Positions 33,003-44,547 of a stretch of 64,000 bases of DNA are shown here, one piece after another. The notes under the pieces are model-generated. The model ran no database searches and was not told where the DNA came from. It saw nothing but the letters and a program-made list of their open reading frames with translations. Source of the DNA: Halarcobacter sp. (GTDB lineage: Bacteria > Campylobacterota > Campylobacteria > Campylobacterales > Arcobacteraceae). A program made the translations under genes and the position numbers. How positions within the stretch are numbered: the stretch's first letter is position 1; each line of letters begins with the position of its first letter. The stretch is from positions 3,424,001 to 3,488,000 of the forward strand of contig CP182352.1 in assembly GCA_048571215.1 (NCBI GenBank). Reading direction: 5' to 3'.

Positions 33003-35351
33003 GTGAAAAATTTAGTAATAGTAGAGTCACCAGCAAAAGCAAAAACAATATCAAAGTTTTTAGGAAAAGATTACAAGGTTATGGCATCAATGGGACATGT
33101 AAGAGATCTTCCTAAATCAAAACTAGGCTTTGACCCAGATAAAAACTTTGAACCAAAATATTTAATCTCAACAGATAAAAAAAGAGTTATTAGTGATTTA
33201 AAAAAAGAGATTACAAAAGATACTACTATTTACCTAGCTGCCGATGAGGATAGAGAGGGAGAAGCTATTGCCTGGCATTTAATCCCTGCCCTTAAAATTG
33301 AAAAAAACCCTTTAAAAAGAATTGTATTTCATGAGATTACAAAAGATGCTATCTTAGAAGCTATAAATAATCCAAGAGAAGTAAATCAAGACTTAGTGGA
33401 TGCCCAACAAGCAAGAAGAATTCTAGATAGAGCTGTTGGTTATGAACTTTCTCCACTACTTTGGAAAAAAGTTAGATATGGTCTTAGTGCAGGTAGAGTT
33501 CAATCTGTTGCAGTAAGAATTATAGTTGATAGAGAACAAGAGATAAGAGCATTTATTCCAGAAGAGTATTGGAAAATAACTGCAAACTTCATAAACCCAA
33601 AGTTTGAAGCTTTATTAGCAAAAATTGATGGAAAAGCAAAAAAAGTAAAAAATGAACAAGAAGCAAAAGCTATTGAAACTTCTATAAATCAAGGAAACTT
33701 TGAACTTTTTGATATAGAAGAGAAAGATAGTACAAGAAACCCAGCTGCACCTTTTACTACATCAACCTTACAACAAGAAGCTAGTAGAAAAATTGGACTA
33801 TCTGTTAAACAAACAATGGTTATAGCTCAACAACTATATGAAGGAAATGTAGGAAATATACCAAACCACACTGGTGGTTTGATTACATATATGAGAACAG
33901 ATTCCCTAAATCTTTCAAAGGTAGCAACAAGTGCAGCTAAAGAGGTTATTGAAAAAGAGTATGGAAAAGAGTATTCATTAAATAAACCTAGAGTTTATAA
34001 GTCTAAAGCAAAAGGTGCACAAGAGGCACATGAAGCTATTCGTCCTGTTAATATGGCTTTGAAACCAACAGATATAAAACCATATGTTGATAATGCTCAA
34101 TATAGATTGTATTCACTTATTTGGAAAAGAACTCTTGCAACACAAATGGCACCAGCAAAAATTGCAAATACTACATATAAAATAAGTGCAGGAAAAGATA
34201 AAGAGTATGAGTTTCAAGTAAAGGGACAAAGAATCATTTTCCCAGGGTTTATGAAAGCTTATACAGAAGGAAGTGACAATCCAGAATCAGCACTTGATAG
34301 TTCAGAAAAGCTTTTACCAACAATCAAGGTTGGAACAGTTTTAGATTTAGAAAAACTTGATTTAGAACAAAATTTTACAAAACCACCAGCAAGATATACT
34401 GAAGCTTCTTTGGTTAAAAAACTAGAATCTGAAGGGATTGGAAGACCTTCAACTTATGCTCCAACTATCTCAACTATTCAAGCTAGAGAATATGTTGTTA
34501 AAACAGAAGATAAAAAACTTGCACCAACTCCAACTGGAGAGATTGTAAATAGTTTTTTAGTTGACCATTTCCCAGGAATCGTTGATTTAGGATTTACGGC
34601 AAAGGTTGAAGAGGAGTTTGATGATATAGCAGATGGGAAAATCGCATGGCAACAAGTTATGCAAGATTTTTATGGAAACTTTAAAAAAACAATTACAGAA
34701 AAAGAAGAGAGTGTAAATAAAGAGGATTATCTTCAAATAAGAGAAGTGGGAATTGATCCAAAGTCTGGGAAGCCAGTTAGTGCAAGAGTTGGAAGGTTTG
34801 GTCCATTTGTTCAAATAGGAACAAAAGATGATGAAGAGAAACCAAAATTTGTAGCAATTCCTGAACATCTAAATATGGATACAATCACTTTAGATGAAGC
34901 TATGTTTTTATTTACTCTTCCTAGAGTGGTGGGACAAAATAGTAGTGGGGAAGATATTGTTGCAAATATAGGAAGGTTTGGTCCATATTTGCAAGTAAAA
35001 ACAAAATTTTATTCATTAAAAGAGGATGATCCTTATACTATTGAATTACCAAGAGCTTTAGAGGTAATCAAACAACTTGATGAGGCAAAAGCAAAAGCTA
35101 CTATAAAAGTTTTTGAAAAAGAGAAAATTCAAGTTTTAATAGGTCAATATGGTCCCTATATTAAACAAGGAAGAAAAAATTATAAAATACCAAAGGGTGT
35201 AGAGGCTGAAGATTTAACTTTAGAGCAGACTTTAGAGATAATTGAAAAAGACCCAAAATCAAAAACTGGTGCAAAAAAAGCACCTGCAAAAAAAACAGCA
35301 AGAAAAAGAGCACCCGCAAAAAAGAGTACTAGCAAAAAAACTGAAAAGTAA
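33003..35351 (+). CDS. topA: DNA topoisomerase I
   Basis: IVESPAKAKTI, DEDREGE, SAGRVQS, ITYMRTDS, QEAHEAIRP; C-terminal GRFGP repeats and Lys-rich tail. Confidence 0.98.
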   Translation: MKNLVIVESPAKAKTISKFLGKDYKVMASMGHVRDLPKSKLGFDPDKNFEPKYLISTDKKRVISDLKKEITKDTTIYLAADEDREGEAIAWHLIPALKIEKNPLKRIVFHEITKDAILEAINNPREVNQDLVDAQQARRILDRAVGYELSPLLWKKVRYGLSAGRVQSVAVRIIVDREQEIRAFIPEEYWKITANFINPKFEALLAKIDGKAKKVKNEQEAKAIETSINQGNFELFDIEEKDSTRNPAAPFTTSTLQQEASRKIGLSVKQTMVIAQQLYEGNVGNIPNHTGGLITYMRTDSLNLSKVATSAAKEVIEKEYGKEYSLNKPRVYKSKAKGAQEAHEAIRPVNMALKPTDIKPYVDNAQYRLYSLIWKRTLATQMAPAKIANTTYKISAGKDKEYEFQVKGQRIIFPGFMKAYTEGSDNPESALDSSEKLLPTIKVGTVLDLEKLDLEQNFTKPPARYTEASLVKKLESEGIGRPSTYAPTISTIQAREYVVKTEDKKLAPTPTGEIVNSFLVDHFPGIVDLGFTAKVEEEFDDIADGKIAWQQVMQDFYGNFKKTITEKEESVNKEDYLQIREVGIDPKSGKPVSARVGRFGPFVQIGTKDDEEKPKFVAIPEHLNMDTITLDEAMFLFTLPRVVGQNSSGEDIVANIGRFGPYLQVKTKFYSLKEDDPYTIELPRALEVIKQLDEAKAKATIKVFEKEKIQVLIGQYGPYIKQGRKNYKIPKGVEAEDLTLEQTLEIIEKDPKSKTGAKKAPAKKTARKRAPAKKSTSKKTEK

Positions 35352-35354
35352 GCT

Positions 35355-35873
35355 ATGAAGATAGGGGTTTTATCAGATAGTCACTATAAAACAGACTATA
35401 CAAAAGAGCTTATTGACTTTCTAAAAGAACAAGGGAGTCAATACCTTATCCATGCAGGTGATTTATGTGTAGAAGAGAATCTTAAACACTTAGAAGAATC
35501 AGGCTTAAAATACATAAGTGTTTTTGGAAATAATGATAGGGGTTTAATATCTTGCTCAAACAAGTATAATATTAAACAAGAGCCATATTTATTTAAAATA
35601 GAAGATACTACCTTTAAACTTATGCATTTACCTTTTTATTTAACAGGTGATAGTGATATTGTAATTTTTGGTCATACACATATTTTTGAAAGTGATTATA
35701 AAAATGGAACACTATTTTTAAACCCAGGAGAGGTGTGTGCCAGAGAAAAACCTCTTGCCGAATGTGTGTTGTTAGAAATTAAAGAAAATGAGTATATAAT
35801 TAATTATTACTCAAAAGATATAAATAAAAACGAATTAAAAAAAGAAGAGATAATTTATGAGCGAAAAAGTTAA
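35355..35873 (+). CDS. YfcE-family metallophosphoesterase
   Basis: SDSH, HAGD, GNND, GHTH, NPGE. Confidence 0.9.
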   Translation: MKIGVLSDSHYKTDYTKELIDFLKEQGSQYLIHAGDLCVEENLKHLEESGLKYISVFGNNDRGLISCSNKYNIKQEPYLFKIEDTTFKLMHLPFYLTGDSDIVIFGHTHIFESDYKNGTLFLNPGEVCAREKPLAECVLLEIKENEYIINYYSKDINKNELKKEEIIYERKS

Positions 35874-36720
35874 TCAATCCAAAGATATATTTTTATGTGC
35901 TATTTGTAATATTGAAAGTGGTACATGTAATGAGGATTGTAAGTTTTGTACACAAAGTGTAAAATACAAAGCTGATATTCAAAGATATAAACAAAAACAA
36001 ATAGAACAGATTGTAGAAGAGGCAAAAAGAGCAAGGGCAAATAATGCAAATGGTTTTTGTCTAGTTACAGCAGGGAAAGGGCTTACGGATAAAAGATTAG
36101 AGTTTGTTGTCCAAGCTGCAAAAGCTGTAAAAAAAGAGAACTTAGGCTTAATATTGATTGCCTGTAATGGTACCGCAAGTGTTGAACAATTGCAAACGCT
36201 AAAAGAAGCTGGTGTAGATGCATATAATCATAACTTAGAAACAGCACAAGACTTTTATTCTCAAATTGTTACAACTCATAGCTGGGAAGAGAGATATCAA
36301 ACTTGTAAAAATGTAAAAGAGGTGGGATTAAGACTTGTCTGTGGTGGAATATTTGGTTTAGGTGAAACTCAAGAGCAAAGAGTATCTATGCTTGAGTCTA
36401 TTGCTTCACTTGATCCTATGAATGTACCTTTGAATTTTTTCATCTCAAATGATGCCTTACCAATAAAACCAAGTACAATCACAAGAAAAGAGGCTTTTGA
36501 GTTAATATCTTTAGCTAAAAAGATGATTCCAAATGCAAAAAAAATTATGGTTGCTGGTGGAAGAGAATTGATGTTTGGTGAAGAACAATATAAGATTTTT
36601 GAAAATGGTGCAAATGCTTTTGTTATTGGAGATTATTTAACTACAGCTGGAAAATCACCAAAAGAGGATATGGAAGAGTTAGAAAAGCTAGGGTTTACGA
36701 TTACTAGAGAAAGAAACTAG
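35857..36720 (+). CDS. bioB: Biotin synthase
   Basis: CNEDCKFCTQS, YNHNLET, CGGIFGLGE, VPLN, AGGRE, YLTT. Confidence 0.95.
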   Translation: MSEKVNQSKDIFLCAICNIESGTCNEDCKFCTQSVKYKADIQRYKQKQIEQIVEEAKRARANNANGFCLVTAGKGLTDKRLEFVVQAAKAVKKENLGLILIACNGTASVEQLQTLKEAGVDAYNHNLETAQDFYSQIVTTHSWEERYQTCKNVKEVGLRLVCGGIFGLGETQEQRVSMLESIASLDPMNVPLNFFISNDALPIKPSTITRKEAFELISLAKKMIPNAKKIMVAGGRELMFGEEQYKIFENGANAFVIGDYLTTAGKSPKEDMEELEKLGFTITRERN

Positions 36721-36735
36721 GTTTGGGAGATTTAA

Positions 36736-37899
36736 ATGACTGATGAAATTCTAATAATCATTTCGATTTCATTGATTATTTTTATATCTCCATTAGTATC
36801 AAGAGTTGTAAAACTTCCAACTATAACTATTGAGATAACACTTGGGGCTCTTGCTGCGTATTTAGCATTTATCACTGAGCATGCTATTTTGGAACTAGTT
36901 GCAGAGCTTGGTTTCTTATATCTTATGTTTCTAGCAGGACTTGAGGTTGATTTAAAAAGAATTTTAAATATGTCTTCTAGTTTACTCAAAAAATCTATAT
37001 TTTATAATGTGATTTTATTTTCACTTGCTGCTGTGATAACCTTTTATTTGGAATTAGGTCATATTTTTATTGTAATATTCCCTCTTATTTCTATAGGTTT
37101 ATTAGCTGCTCTTAAAAAAGAGTATGGAAATGTAGAGTGGATAAAAATCTCTATAACTGTAGGTCTTATTGGGGAAATTATCTCCATCTTTGCTCTTACA
37201 ACAGTATCTGCTGCTCTTAAATTTGGTATCAATTTTGAATTTTATAAAACAATGTTTTTATTTACAGCTTTTTTAGTACTTATGTTATTTGTTTATAAAA
37301 TCTTTCATAATCTAATTTGGTGGTATCCAGAGATAAAAGCTTATCTTATGCCAGAAAATGATCACCAAGAGCAAGATATAAGAGTCTCTATGGCTATCTT
37401 TTTCCTTATGATTACTGTTATGATTTATCTAAATCTTGAGGTTGCCTTTGGGGCATTTATTGCTGGAACTTTTATTACAACATTTTTTGAAGAGCATAAC
37501 AAACAATTACCACACAAATTAGAACACTTTGGTTTTGGTTGGTTGGTTCCCATATTTTTTATATATGTTGGTTCCTCTTTTGAGTTAGAATCTCTATTCC
37601 ATGATGGCTTAATAAAAAAAGCATTGCTAATCACCGCTACAATGATTATTATTAGGTTAGTAGCTTCTATGTTATTTATAAAAGATATGGGATGGAATAG
37701 ATTTTATATGGTTGGGCTTTCCCACTCAATGCCATTAACACTTCTAATTGCAGTAGCTACTTTAGCATATCATAATCACTCAATTACACAGTTTTATTAT
37801 TATACTTTTATTTTAGCTTCAATTTTAGAAGTATTAATCGTGATGGTTGTAATTAGACTTTTGTCACACTTTACCAATCTTTCAAAAGCTATTAAATAA
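36736..37899 (+). CDS. Cation:proton antiporter (CPA2-like)
   Basis: LGFLYLMFLAGLE, GAFIAG, PIFF; many hydrophobic segments. Confidence 0.88.
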   Translation: MTDEILIIISISLIIFISPLVSRVVKLPTITIEITLGALAAYLAFITEHAILELVAELGFLYLMFLAGLEVDLKRILNMSSSLLKKSIFYNVILFSLAAVITFYLELGHIFIVIFPLISIGLLAALKKEYGNVEWIKISITVGLIGEIISIFALTTVSAALKFGINFEFYKTMFLFTAFLVLMLFVYKIFHNLIWWYPEIKAYLMPENDHQEQDIRVSMAIFFLMITVMIYLNLEVAFGAFIAGTFITTFFEEHNKQLPHKLEHFGFGWLVPIFFIYVGSSFELESLFHDGLIKKALLITATMIIIRLVASMLFIKDMGWNRFYMVGLSHSMPLTLLIAVATLAYHNHSITQFYYYTFILASILEVLIVMVVIRLLSHFTNLSKAIK

Positions 37900-37928
37900 G
37901 CTTTAAAAGCTTGGTATAAGTATTTAAA

Positions 37929-38621
37929 TTATTGATAAAGTTTTATAATAGAAACTTTAGTATCATCATAGGTGACTTCATAATCTTCAGGCATATCAGC
38001 TAATTCAATAACAACTCTAAAGAAGTTCTCTTTTTTGTGATTTCCTACTGCGATTTTTTTGAAGTTTGTTGATTCTAAAGTGGCTCTTTTAGTGTAAAAA
38101 TTTTCTTTTGCAGTATAGTCTAATACTATTTTTCTTTCATTTGGCAAAGTGATTTTTTTAGATATTTTATATTTTGAGATAATATCAATTCTATCATTGT
38201 CATACTCTACTTTTACAAAAGGTAAAAGCTCTTTTTCGTACATAACATCAAGTCTAGGTTTAACATAAACAATCTGTTCAGTTTTTTTATTAGGTTTAAC
38301 TGCTTTTTCAACAATCTCTTTTGTCTTTTCAACTGTTTGTTTTTGGGAATCTTGAATCAACTTCTTTATTTTTTCTTCTGTTAAATCATCTTTTTTCTTT
38401 TCTTTTTCTTCTTCACCAACTTTTTGCATCTTTTCATAGGTATCAGCTATATATTGTTGTTCTCTTTGAAACTCAAGTCCATAGTCCTCTTCAACTTGTG
38501 AAATCTCAATGGTTCTAGCTTGTTCTTCTTGATAAGCAGTTGTTGGCTCAAAAGGGTTCTCTCTAGCAACTAATATAGTTGCGAAGATAAATACTATTGT
38601 AAATAAAGATAGTTTTCTCAT
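37929..38621 (-). CDS. Exported AMIN-domain protein
   Basis: Signal peptide, ARENPF, C-terminal KIVLD...GNH...FRVVIEL; downstream of eno and a FtsB-like gene. Confidence 0.75.
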   Translation of the reverse strand: MRKLSLFTIVFIFATILVARENPFEPTTAYQEEQARTIEISQVEEDYGLEFQREQQYIADTYEKMQKVGEEEKEKKKDDLTEEKIKKLIQDSQKQTVEKTKEIVEKAVKPNKKTEQIVYVKPRLDVMYEKELLPFVKVEYDNDRIDIISKYKISKKITLPNERKIVLDYTAKENFYTKRATLESTNFKKIAVGNHKKENFFRVVIELADMPEDYEVTYDDTKVSIIKLYQ

Positions 38622-38860
38622 TGTTCAGGCTCCAAATTTTTTAATTCAAAATACTCTTTTTGCAAATGGGCATTTTCTTGTTGTAGTCTTTTTATTTCAC
38701 TCTTTAGATAGCTTTTTTTATATTTTAATGAGTTATAAACCTCTAAAGAGTTGTCTCCAAACAGAATATTAGCAACATGATAACCAAGAAACATCGTAAT
38801 TGCAAGTGATATAATCGCAATTAACGAGAATTTCTTTAGTTCACGAAAATTTTCTCTCAT
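38618..38860 (-). CDS. Septum formation initiator (FtsB/DivIC-like)
   Basis: Single TM, LFGDNSL, coiled coil LQQENAHLQK; immediately after eno. Confidence 0.75.
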   Translation of the reverse strand: MRENFRELKKFSLIAIISLAITMFLGYHVANILFGDNSLEVYNSLKYKKSYLKSEIKRLQQENAHLQKEYFELKNLEPEQ

Positions 38861-38863
38861 ATT

Positions 38864-40144
<1,281 letters not shown>

Positions 40145-40265
40145 CTAAAAAATCATAAAATTTATTTATTATACATAATTTTTTATTTTTTGTTGCTTTG
40201 ATAATTGTACTTAAAATGTAATTTTGTTATTTAAGTGAAAAATAAGAGATGTAAGGCGGGGAAAA

Positions 40266-41306
40266 TTATTCCCCTTCGTCTAATTCTGTATCGTCAGTAT
40301 TTGCTTGATCAGTTACACCCATTGCAGTTAAAATCTTTTCTTCAATCTCTTTTGCAATCTCTGGGTTATCTTTTAGGAACACTTTTGAGTTTTCTTTTCC
40401 TTGCCCAATTTTGTTATCCCCATAACTAAACCAAGCTCCAGCTTTATCAACAATATCAAGTTTTACCCCATAATCGATAAGCTCTCCTGTTTTTGAAATA
40501 CCCTCTCCAAACATAATATCAAATTCTGCTAATTTAAATGGAGGTGCAACTTTATTTTTAACAACTTTAACTTTTACTCTATTACCAATAGAGTTTTCCC
40601 CTTGTTTTAAGGTTGCAATTCTTCTAATATCAAGTCTAACAGAAGAGTAAAATTTAAGTGCATTCCCACCAGTTGTTGTTTCAGGACTTCCATATCCAGT
40701 CATACCAATTTTCATTCTAATTTGGTTGATAAATATAACTGTACATTGCATTTTATTTAAAAGACCTGTGATTTTTCTAAGAGCTTTTGACATAAGTCTA
40801 GCTTGTACACCAACTTGTTGGTCATCCATATCTCCATCAATCTCAACTTTTGGAGTAAGTGCAGCAACTGAGTCAATAACAACTAAATCAACAGCTCCTG
40901 ATCTAATTACAGTTTCAAGTATCTCTAAAGCTTGTTCTCCATAATCAGGCTGTGATACAAGAAGATTATCAATATCAACTCCAAGATTTCTTGCATATGT
41001 TGTATCTAAAGCATGCTCCGCATCAATAAAAGCACAAACTCCTCCTGCTCTTTGACATTCAGCAATTGCATGTAAAGTAAGTGTAGTTTTACCAGAAGAT
41101 TCAGGACCATAAATCTCAATAACTCTACCTTGTGGAAGACCCCCAACACCTAAAGCTAAATCTAAACCTAAAGAACCTGTTGATATTGATTCTGTTGGAA
41201 CAACCTCTTTATCTCCTAATCTAATAAGAGTACCTTTACCAAAAGTTTTATCTATTTGTTTGATTGCTAAGTCTAACGATTTTTTTTGATTTTCATCCAT
41301 CTTCAT
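40266..41306 (-). CDS. recA: Recombinase A
   Basis: [37 protein letters not shown]. Confidence 0.99.
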   Translation of the reverse strand: MKMDENQKKSLDLAIKQIDKTFGKGTLIRLGDKEVVPTESISTGSLGLDLALGVGGLPQGRVIEIYGPESSGKTTLTLHAIAECQRAGGVCAFIDAEHALDTTYARNLGVDIDNLLVSQPDYGEQALEILETVIRSGAVDLVVIDSVAALTPKVEIDGDMDDQQVGVQARLMSKALRKITGLLNKMQCTVIFINQIRMKIGMTGYGSPETTTGGNALKFYSSVRLDIRRIATLKQGENSIGNRVKVKVVKNKVAPPFKLAEFDIMFGEGISKTGELIDYGVKLDIVDKAGAWFSYGDNKIGQGKENSKVFLKDNPEIAKEIEEKILTAMGVTDQANTDDTELDEGE

Positions 41307-41343
41307 TTTCCTATTTTGTTCTGTATTTTTGTTTTATATTGGA

Positions 41344-41352
41344 ATTTTAACA
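41344..41352 (-). promoter_or_regulatory. Extended -10 promoter element for recA
   Basis: TGTTAAAAT on the minus strand about 40 nt upstream of the start. Confidence 0.5.
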
Positions 41353-41397
41353 GCTTTTTTTTAAAGTACTAAATAATATTGCAAATTGTAAGATTTT

Positions 41398-41619
41398 TTA
41401 ATCTTCATTTTTTTCATCTGTATTTGAATCTTTGTCTTGGGAAAACTTTTGAATGTTTTCAATAGTCTTAATATGGGAATTAACTCTTCTTTGCATACTA
41501 TATCTTTTGATATGTTTTGCAAGAATTTTTGTATATTTTTTATAGTTCCTAGAATCTTTTTCAAAAGTTGCTAGTTTTTTTTGTATTTTTAAAATATTTT
41601 CTGGAATATCGTTTGCCAT
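41398..41619 (-). CDS. Small basic hypothetical protein
   Basis: AGGT RBS upstream of ATG; 73 aa, helical and Lys-rich. Confidence 0.65.
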   Translation of the reverse strand: MANDIPENILKIQKKLATFEKDSRNYKKYTKILAKHIKRYSMQRRVNSHIKTIENIQKFSQDKDSNTDEKNED

Positions 41620-41699
41620 ATTTAACCTATAAAATTTAGTTGTAATAAATTATTGCATATAATAGTTGAATAACCTTTTAATAAATTGTAGGAGTCTCT

Positions 41700-42440
41700 T
41701 TGGATTTACAAAATTATATACTTAGTCCTGATTCTTTGATAATTGAGGCATTAAAAAAGATAGATGAAAATAAACGGGGTTTTTTACTTGTATGCCTTGA
41801 CAAAGAGGTTATTGGTATTACGACTGAAGGTGAAATAAGAAGATATTTAATAAATGGTGCAACTTTAGAAAATAAAATACCATATTCTAAAAATTTTATT
41901 TTTATTCGAAATAATGATTCTTTTTTAGAACTTTTTAAATGTTTTAAATCTGAAAAAATCAATTTTGTTCCTATTTTAGATCAAAATAATTTATTAATTG
42001 AAATTGTTTCAAAAAAACAATTTCATGGATTACTTTTAAAAGATATTGAATATAATATGGCAAAATTACCTGAAATGGATGAGAATGAGATAGATTTTGA
42101 AATATTTGAGAGACCTTGGGGTTTTTATAAAACTACACTTCTTGCTAAACATGTACAATCAAAGATTATTACAGTTTTTCCAAAAGGTGAATTGAGTCTT
42201 CAAAAACATAAAAGAAGAGAAGAACATTGGATAATAATAAAGGGTGAAGGTAAAATAATACTTGAGGATTCTATTTTGGAAGTTCAGCAAGGAAGGTATA
42301 TTTATATTCCAAAGGGATGTAAACATAAAGTTATAAATAGTTCTTACACAGATAATTTGATATTCGCAGAGGTACAGTTAGGGGACTATTTTGGTGAAGA
42401 TGATATTATAAGGTATGAGGATAAATATGGGAGAGTTTAA
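41700..42440 (+). CDS. CBS-pair plus cupin protein (type II phosphomannose isomerase C-terminal-like domain)
   Basis: N-terminal CBS pattern (EALKKIDEN..GF, GITTEGEIRR); RPWG, LSLQKHKRREEHW, IPKGCKH, EVQLGDYFGEDDIIRYEDKYGR; AGGAG RBS with TTG start. Confidence 0.87.
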   Translation: MDLQNYILSPDSLIIEALKKIDENKRGFLLVCLDKEVIGITTEGEIRRYLINGATLENKIPYSKNFIFIRNNDSFLELFKCFKSEKINFVPILDQNNLLIEIVSKKQFHGLLLKDIEYNMAKLPEMDENEIDFEIFERPWGFYKTTLLAKHVQSKIITVFPKGELSLQKHKRREEHWIIIKGEGKIILEDSILEVQQGRYIYIPKGCKHKVINSSYTDNLIFAEVQLGDYFGEDDIIRYEDKYGRV

Positions 42441-43321
42441 TGGCATTTAAGTTTGATTATAAAGAACCCAAAGTGGTTGCAGAAATAGGTTGTAATCATA
42501 TGGGTGACTTTGAAATAGCAAAAGAATTAATAGATTTAGCAAAACAATCAGGTTCAAAATATGTAAAGTTTCAAAAAAGAAATAATAAAGAGCTTTTAAC
42601 AAAAGAACAATATAACGCTCCCCATCCTGTTCCTGTAAACTCATATGGAAAAACTTATGGTGAACATAGAGAGTTTCTAGAGTTTACAAAAGAACAACAT
42701 AGAGAATTAAAAGAGTATAGTGATTCTATTGGCATGGCATATTCCACTTCAGTATGGGATGTTACTAGTGCTAAAGAGATGTTAGAATTTAATCCAGAGT
42801 TTTTAAAAGTACCTTCTGCTTGTAATAATAATTTTGAGATGCTAAGAATCTTAAGAGACGATTATAAAGGGCAAGTTCAACTATCTATTGGAATGACAAG
42901 TAGAAAAGAGGTTGAAGAGATTGTAAAGTTTTTTGAGCAAACAAATCAAGCAAAATCGAGACTTTTAATATATTCTTGCACTTCAGGGTATCCTGTACCT
43001 TTTGAGGATGTATCTTTATTAGAGATAAATTATTTGTATGATAATTATGAAGATAGAATATGTGAAATAGGATTCTCTGGACACCACTTAGGTATAGCAA
43101 TTGATATTGCAGCATATACTCTAGGAGCAAGATGGATTGAACGTCATTTTACCAAAGATATAAACTGGAAGGGGACAGATCATTCTGCATCATTGATGCC
43201 AGATGGATTAAGAAGACTAAATAGAGATTTAACTGCGACATATAAGTCTTTACATAAGAAAAAAGAGGATATCTTACCTATAGAGCAAGTACAAAGAGAT
43301 AAATTAAAAAATAGAAAGTAA
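42440..43321 (+). CDS. NeuB-family nonulosonate(-9-phosphate) synthase lacking the SAF domain
   Basis: AEIGCNH, VKFQKR, CTSGYP, GFSGH, IERHFT, GTDH; only 293 aa. Confidence 0.92.
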   Translation: MAFKFDYKEPKVVAEIGCNHMGDFEIAKELIDLAKQSGSKYVKFQKRNNKELLTKEQYNAPHPVPVNSYGKTYGEHREFLEFTKEQHRELKEYSDSIGMAYSTSVWDVTSAKEMLEFNPEFLKVPSACNNNFEMLRILRDDYKGQVQLSIGMTSRKEVEEIVKFFEQTNQAKSRLLIYSCTSGYPVPFEDVSLLEINYLYDNYEDRICEIGFSGHHLGIAIDIAAYTLGARWIERHFTKDINWKGTDHSASLMPDGLRRLNRDLTATYKSLHKKKEDILPIEQVQRDKLKNRK

Positions 43322-43377
43322 AATAAGCTTTTGTAAAGATAAAAAGTATATAAAAGAGATGGAAGTAAGGAAGACTA

Positions 43378-44547
43378 ATGAATATTGCATTTATCCCTTT
43401 AAGGTGTGGAAGTAAATCAATACCTTTTAAAAATATAAAAAATTTTTGTGGAAAACCACTTGTATATTGGAATTTAAAGGCTATAGAAGAATCAAAAAGT
43501 GTAGATATAGTTTATATTGCAACAGATTGCAAAGAGGTAATTGATACTATTAACAGTTTTTGTTTTAAAAAAGTTGTTATTTATAAAAGAGACCCTATTA
43601 ATGCAAGGGATATTTCTCCCACAGAGGATGTAATGTTGGAGTTTTTGGAAAAAAGAAAACAAGATAATGAAGACTACTTTTTATTGGTTCAAGCAACCTC
43701 TCCAATAACACAATCATATGATTTTGATAATGCTATAAAACAGTTGAAAAATTCAAAAAAAGATTCATTATTGACTGTTGTAAATGAAAAAAGATTTTTT
43801 TGGAATAAAGATGGCACGCCTATAAATTATGACTATAAAAATAGACCAAGAAGACAAGATTTTGAAGGTTTTTATCTCGAAAATGGGGCTTTTTATATAA
43901 ATAAGGTGAAAAATATTTTAAGAGATAAAAACAGACTTTCAGGTGAGATTGAATTATATGTTATGAATGATTATACTTCAATCGAGATAGATGAACCTCT
44001 TGATTGGCATATAGCAGAAAGTTATATGCAAAATCATATATTATCAAAAGAAGAGATAAAGCTAGAAAGAAAAATAAAACTATTTTTATCAGATGTTGAT
44101 GGAACTTTGACAGATGCAGGGATGTATTATGGAGAAAATGGGGAAGAGTTAAAAAAGTTTAATACCCATGATGGAAAAGGGTTTGAACTTTTACGTGAAA
44201 AGGGAATAAAAACTGGTTTAATTACAAGTGAAAAAACAAAGATTGTAGAGAATAGAGCAAAAAAATTAAAAATCGATTATTTATATCAGGATGTTAAACA
44301 TAAAGGTAAACTAAAAGTTGCTAAAGAGATATGTAAAAAAGAGGGAATAAGTCTAGAAGAGGTAGCGTATATCGGGGATGATATAAATTGTAAAGAGTTA
44401 TTAGAACAAGTAGGAGTATCCGCTTGTCCTTCGAAGTCATTAAGTGAGATTAAAGAATTGTATAGTATAATTAAATTAACTCAATCTGGCGGAAATGGTG
44501 CAGTAAGAGAGTTTATTGATTTATTAATACAAAAGAGATATATATGA
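43378..44547 (+). CDS. Fused acylneuraminate cytidylyltransferase and KdsC-type HAD phosphatase
   Basis: N-terminal IPLRCGSKSIPFKN, QATSP, ENGAFY, EIDEPLD; C-terminal DVDGTLTD, KKFNTHDG, YIGDDINC, GGNGAVREF. Confidence 0.93.
   Translation: MNIAFIPLRCGSKSIPFKNIKNFCGKPLVYWNLKAIEESKSVDIVYIATDCKEVIDTINSFCFKKVVIYKRDPINARDISPTEDVMLEFLEKRKQDNEDYFLLVQATSPITQSYDFDNAIKQLKNSKKDSLLTVVNEKRFFWNKDGTPINYDYKNRPRRQDFEGFYLENGAFYINKVKNILRDKNRLSGEIELYVMNDYTSIEIDEPLDWHIAESYMQNHILSKEEIKLERKIKLFLSDVDGTLTDAGMYYGENGEELKKFNTHDGKGFELLREKGIKTGLITSEKTKIVENRAKKLKIDYLYQDVKHKGKLKVAKEICKKEGISLEEVAYIGDDINCKELLEQVGVSACPSKSLSEIKELYSIIKLTQSGGNGAVREFIDLLIQKRYI

Noticed and set aside
40258..40274. GGGGAA/TTCCCC hairpin at the recA stop as an intrinsic terminator
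   Set aside because: Only a 6-bp stem and no U-tract follows on the recA strand.
41361..41564. 67-aa minus-strand ORF overlapping 41398..41619
   Set aside because: Alternate frame of a better-supported ORF that has an RBS and ATG.
41620..41700. Mobile-element boundary at the island's left edge
   Set aside because: No integrase, transposase, tRNA or att-like repeat seen; only a TATAAT and an AGGAG RBS.
42440..44547. Assigning pseI/pseF, legI/legF or neuB/neuA symbols
   Set aside because: No matching precursor genes in the window, the SAF domain is missing and a phosphatase is fused; specificity cannot be fixed from sequence.
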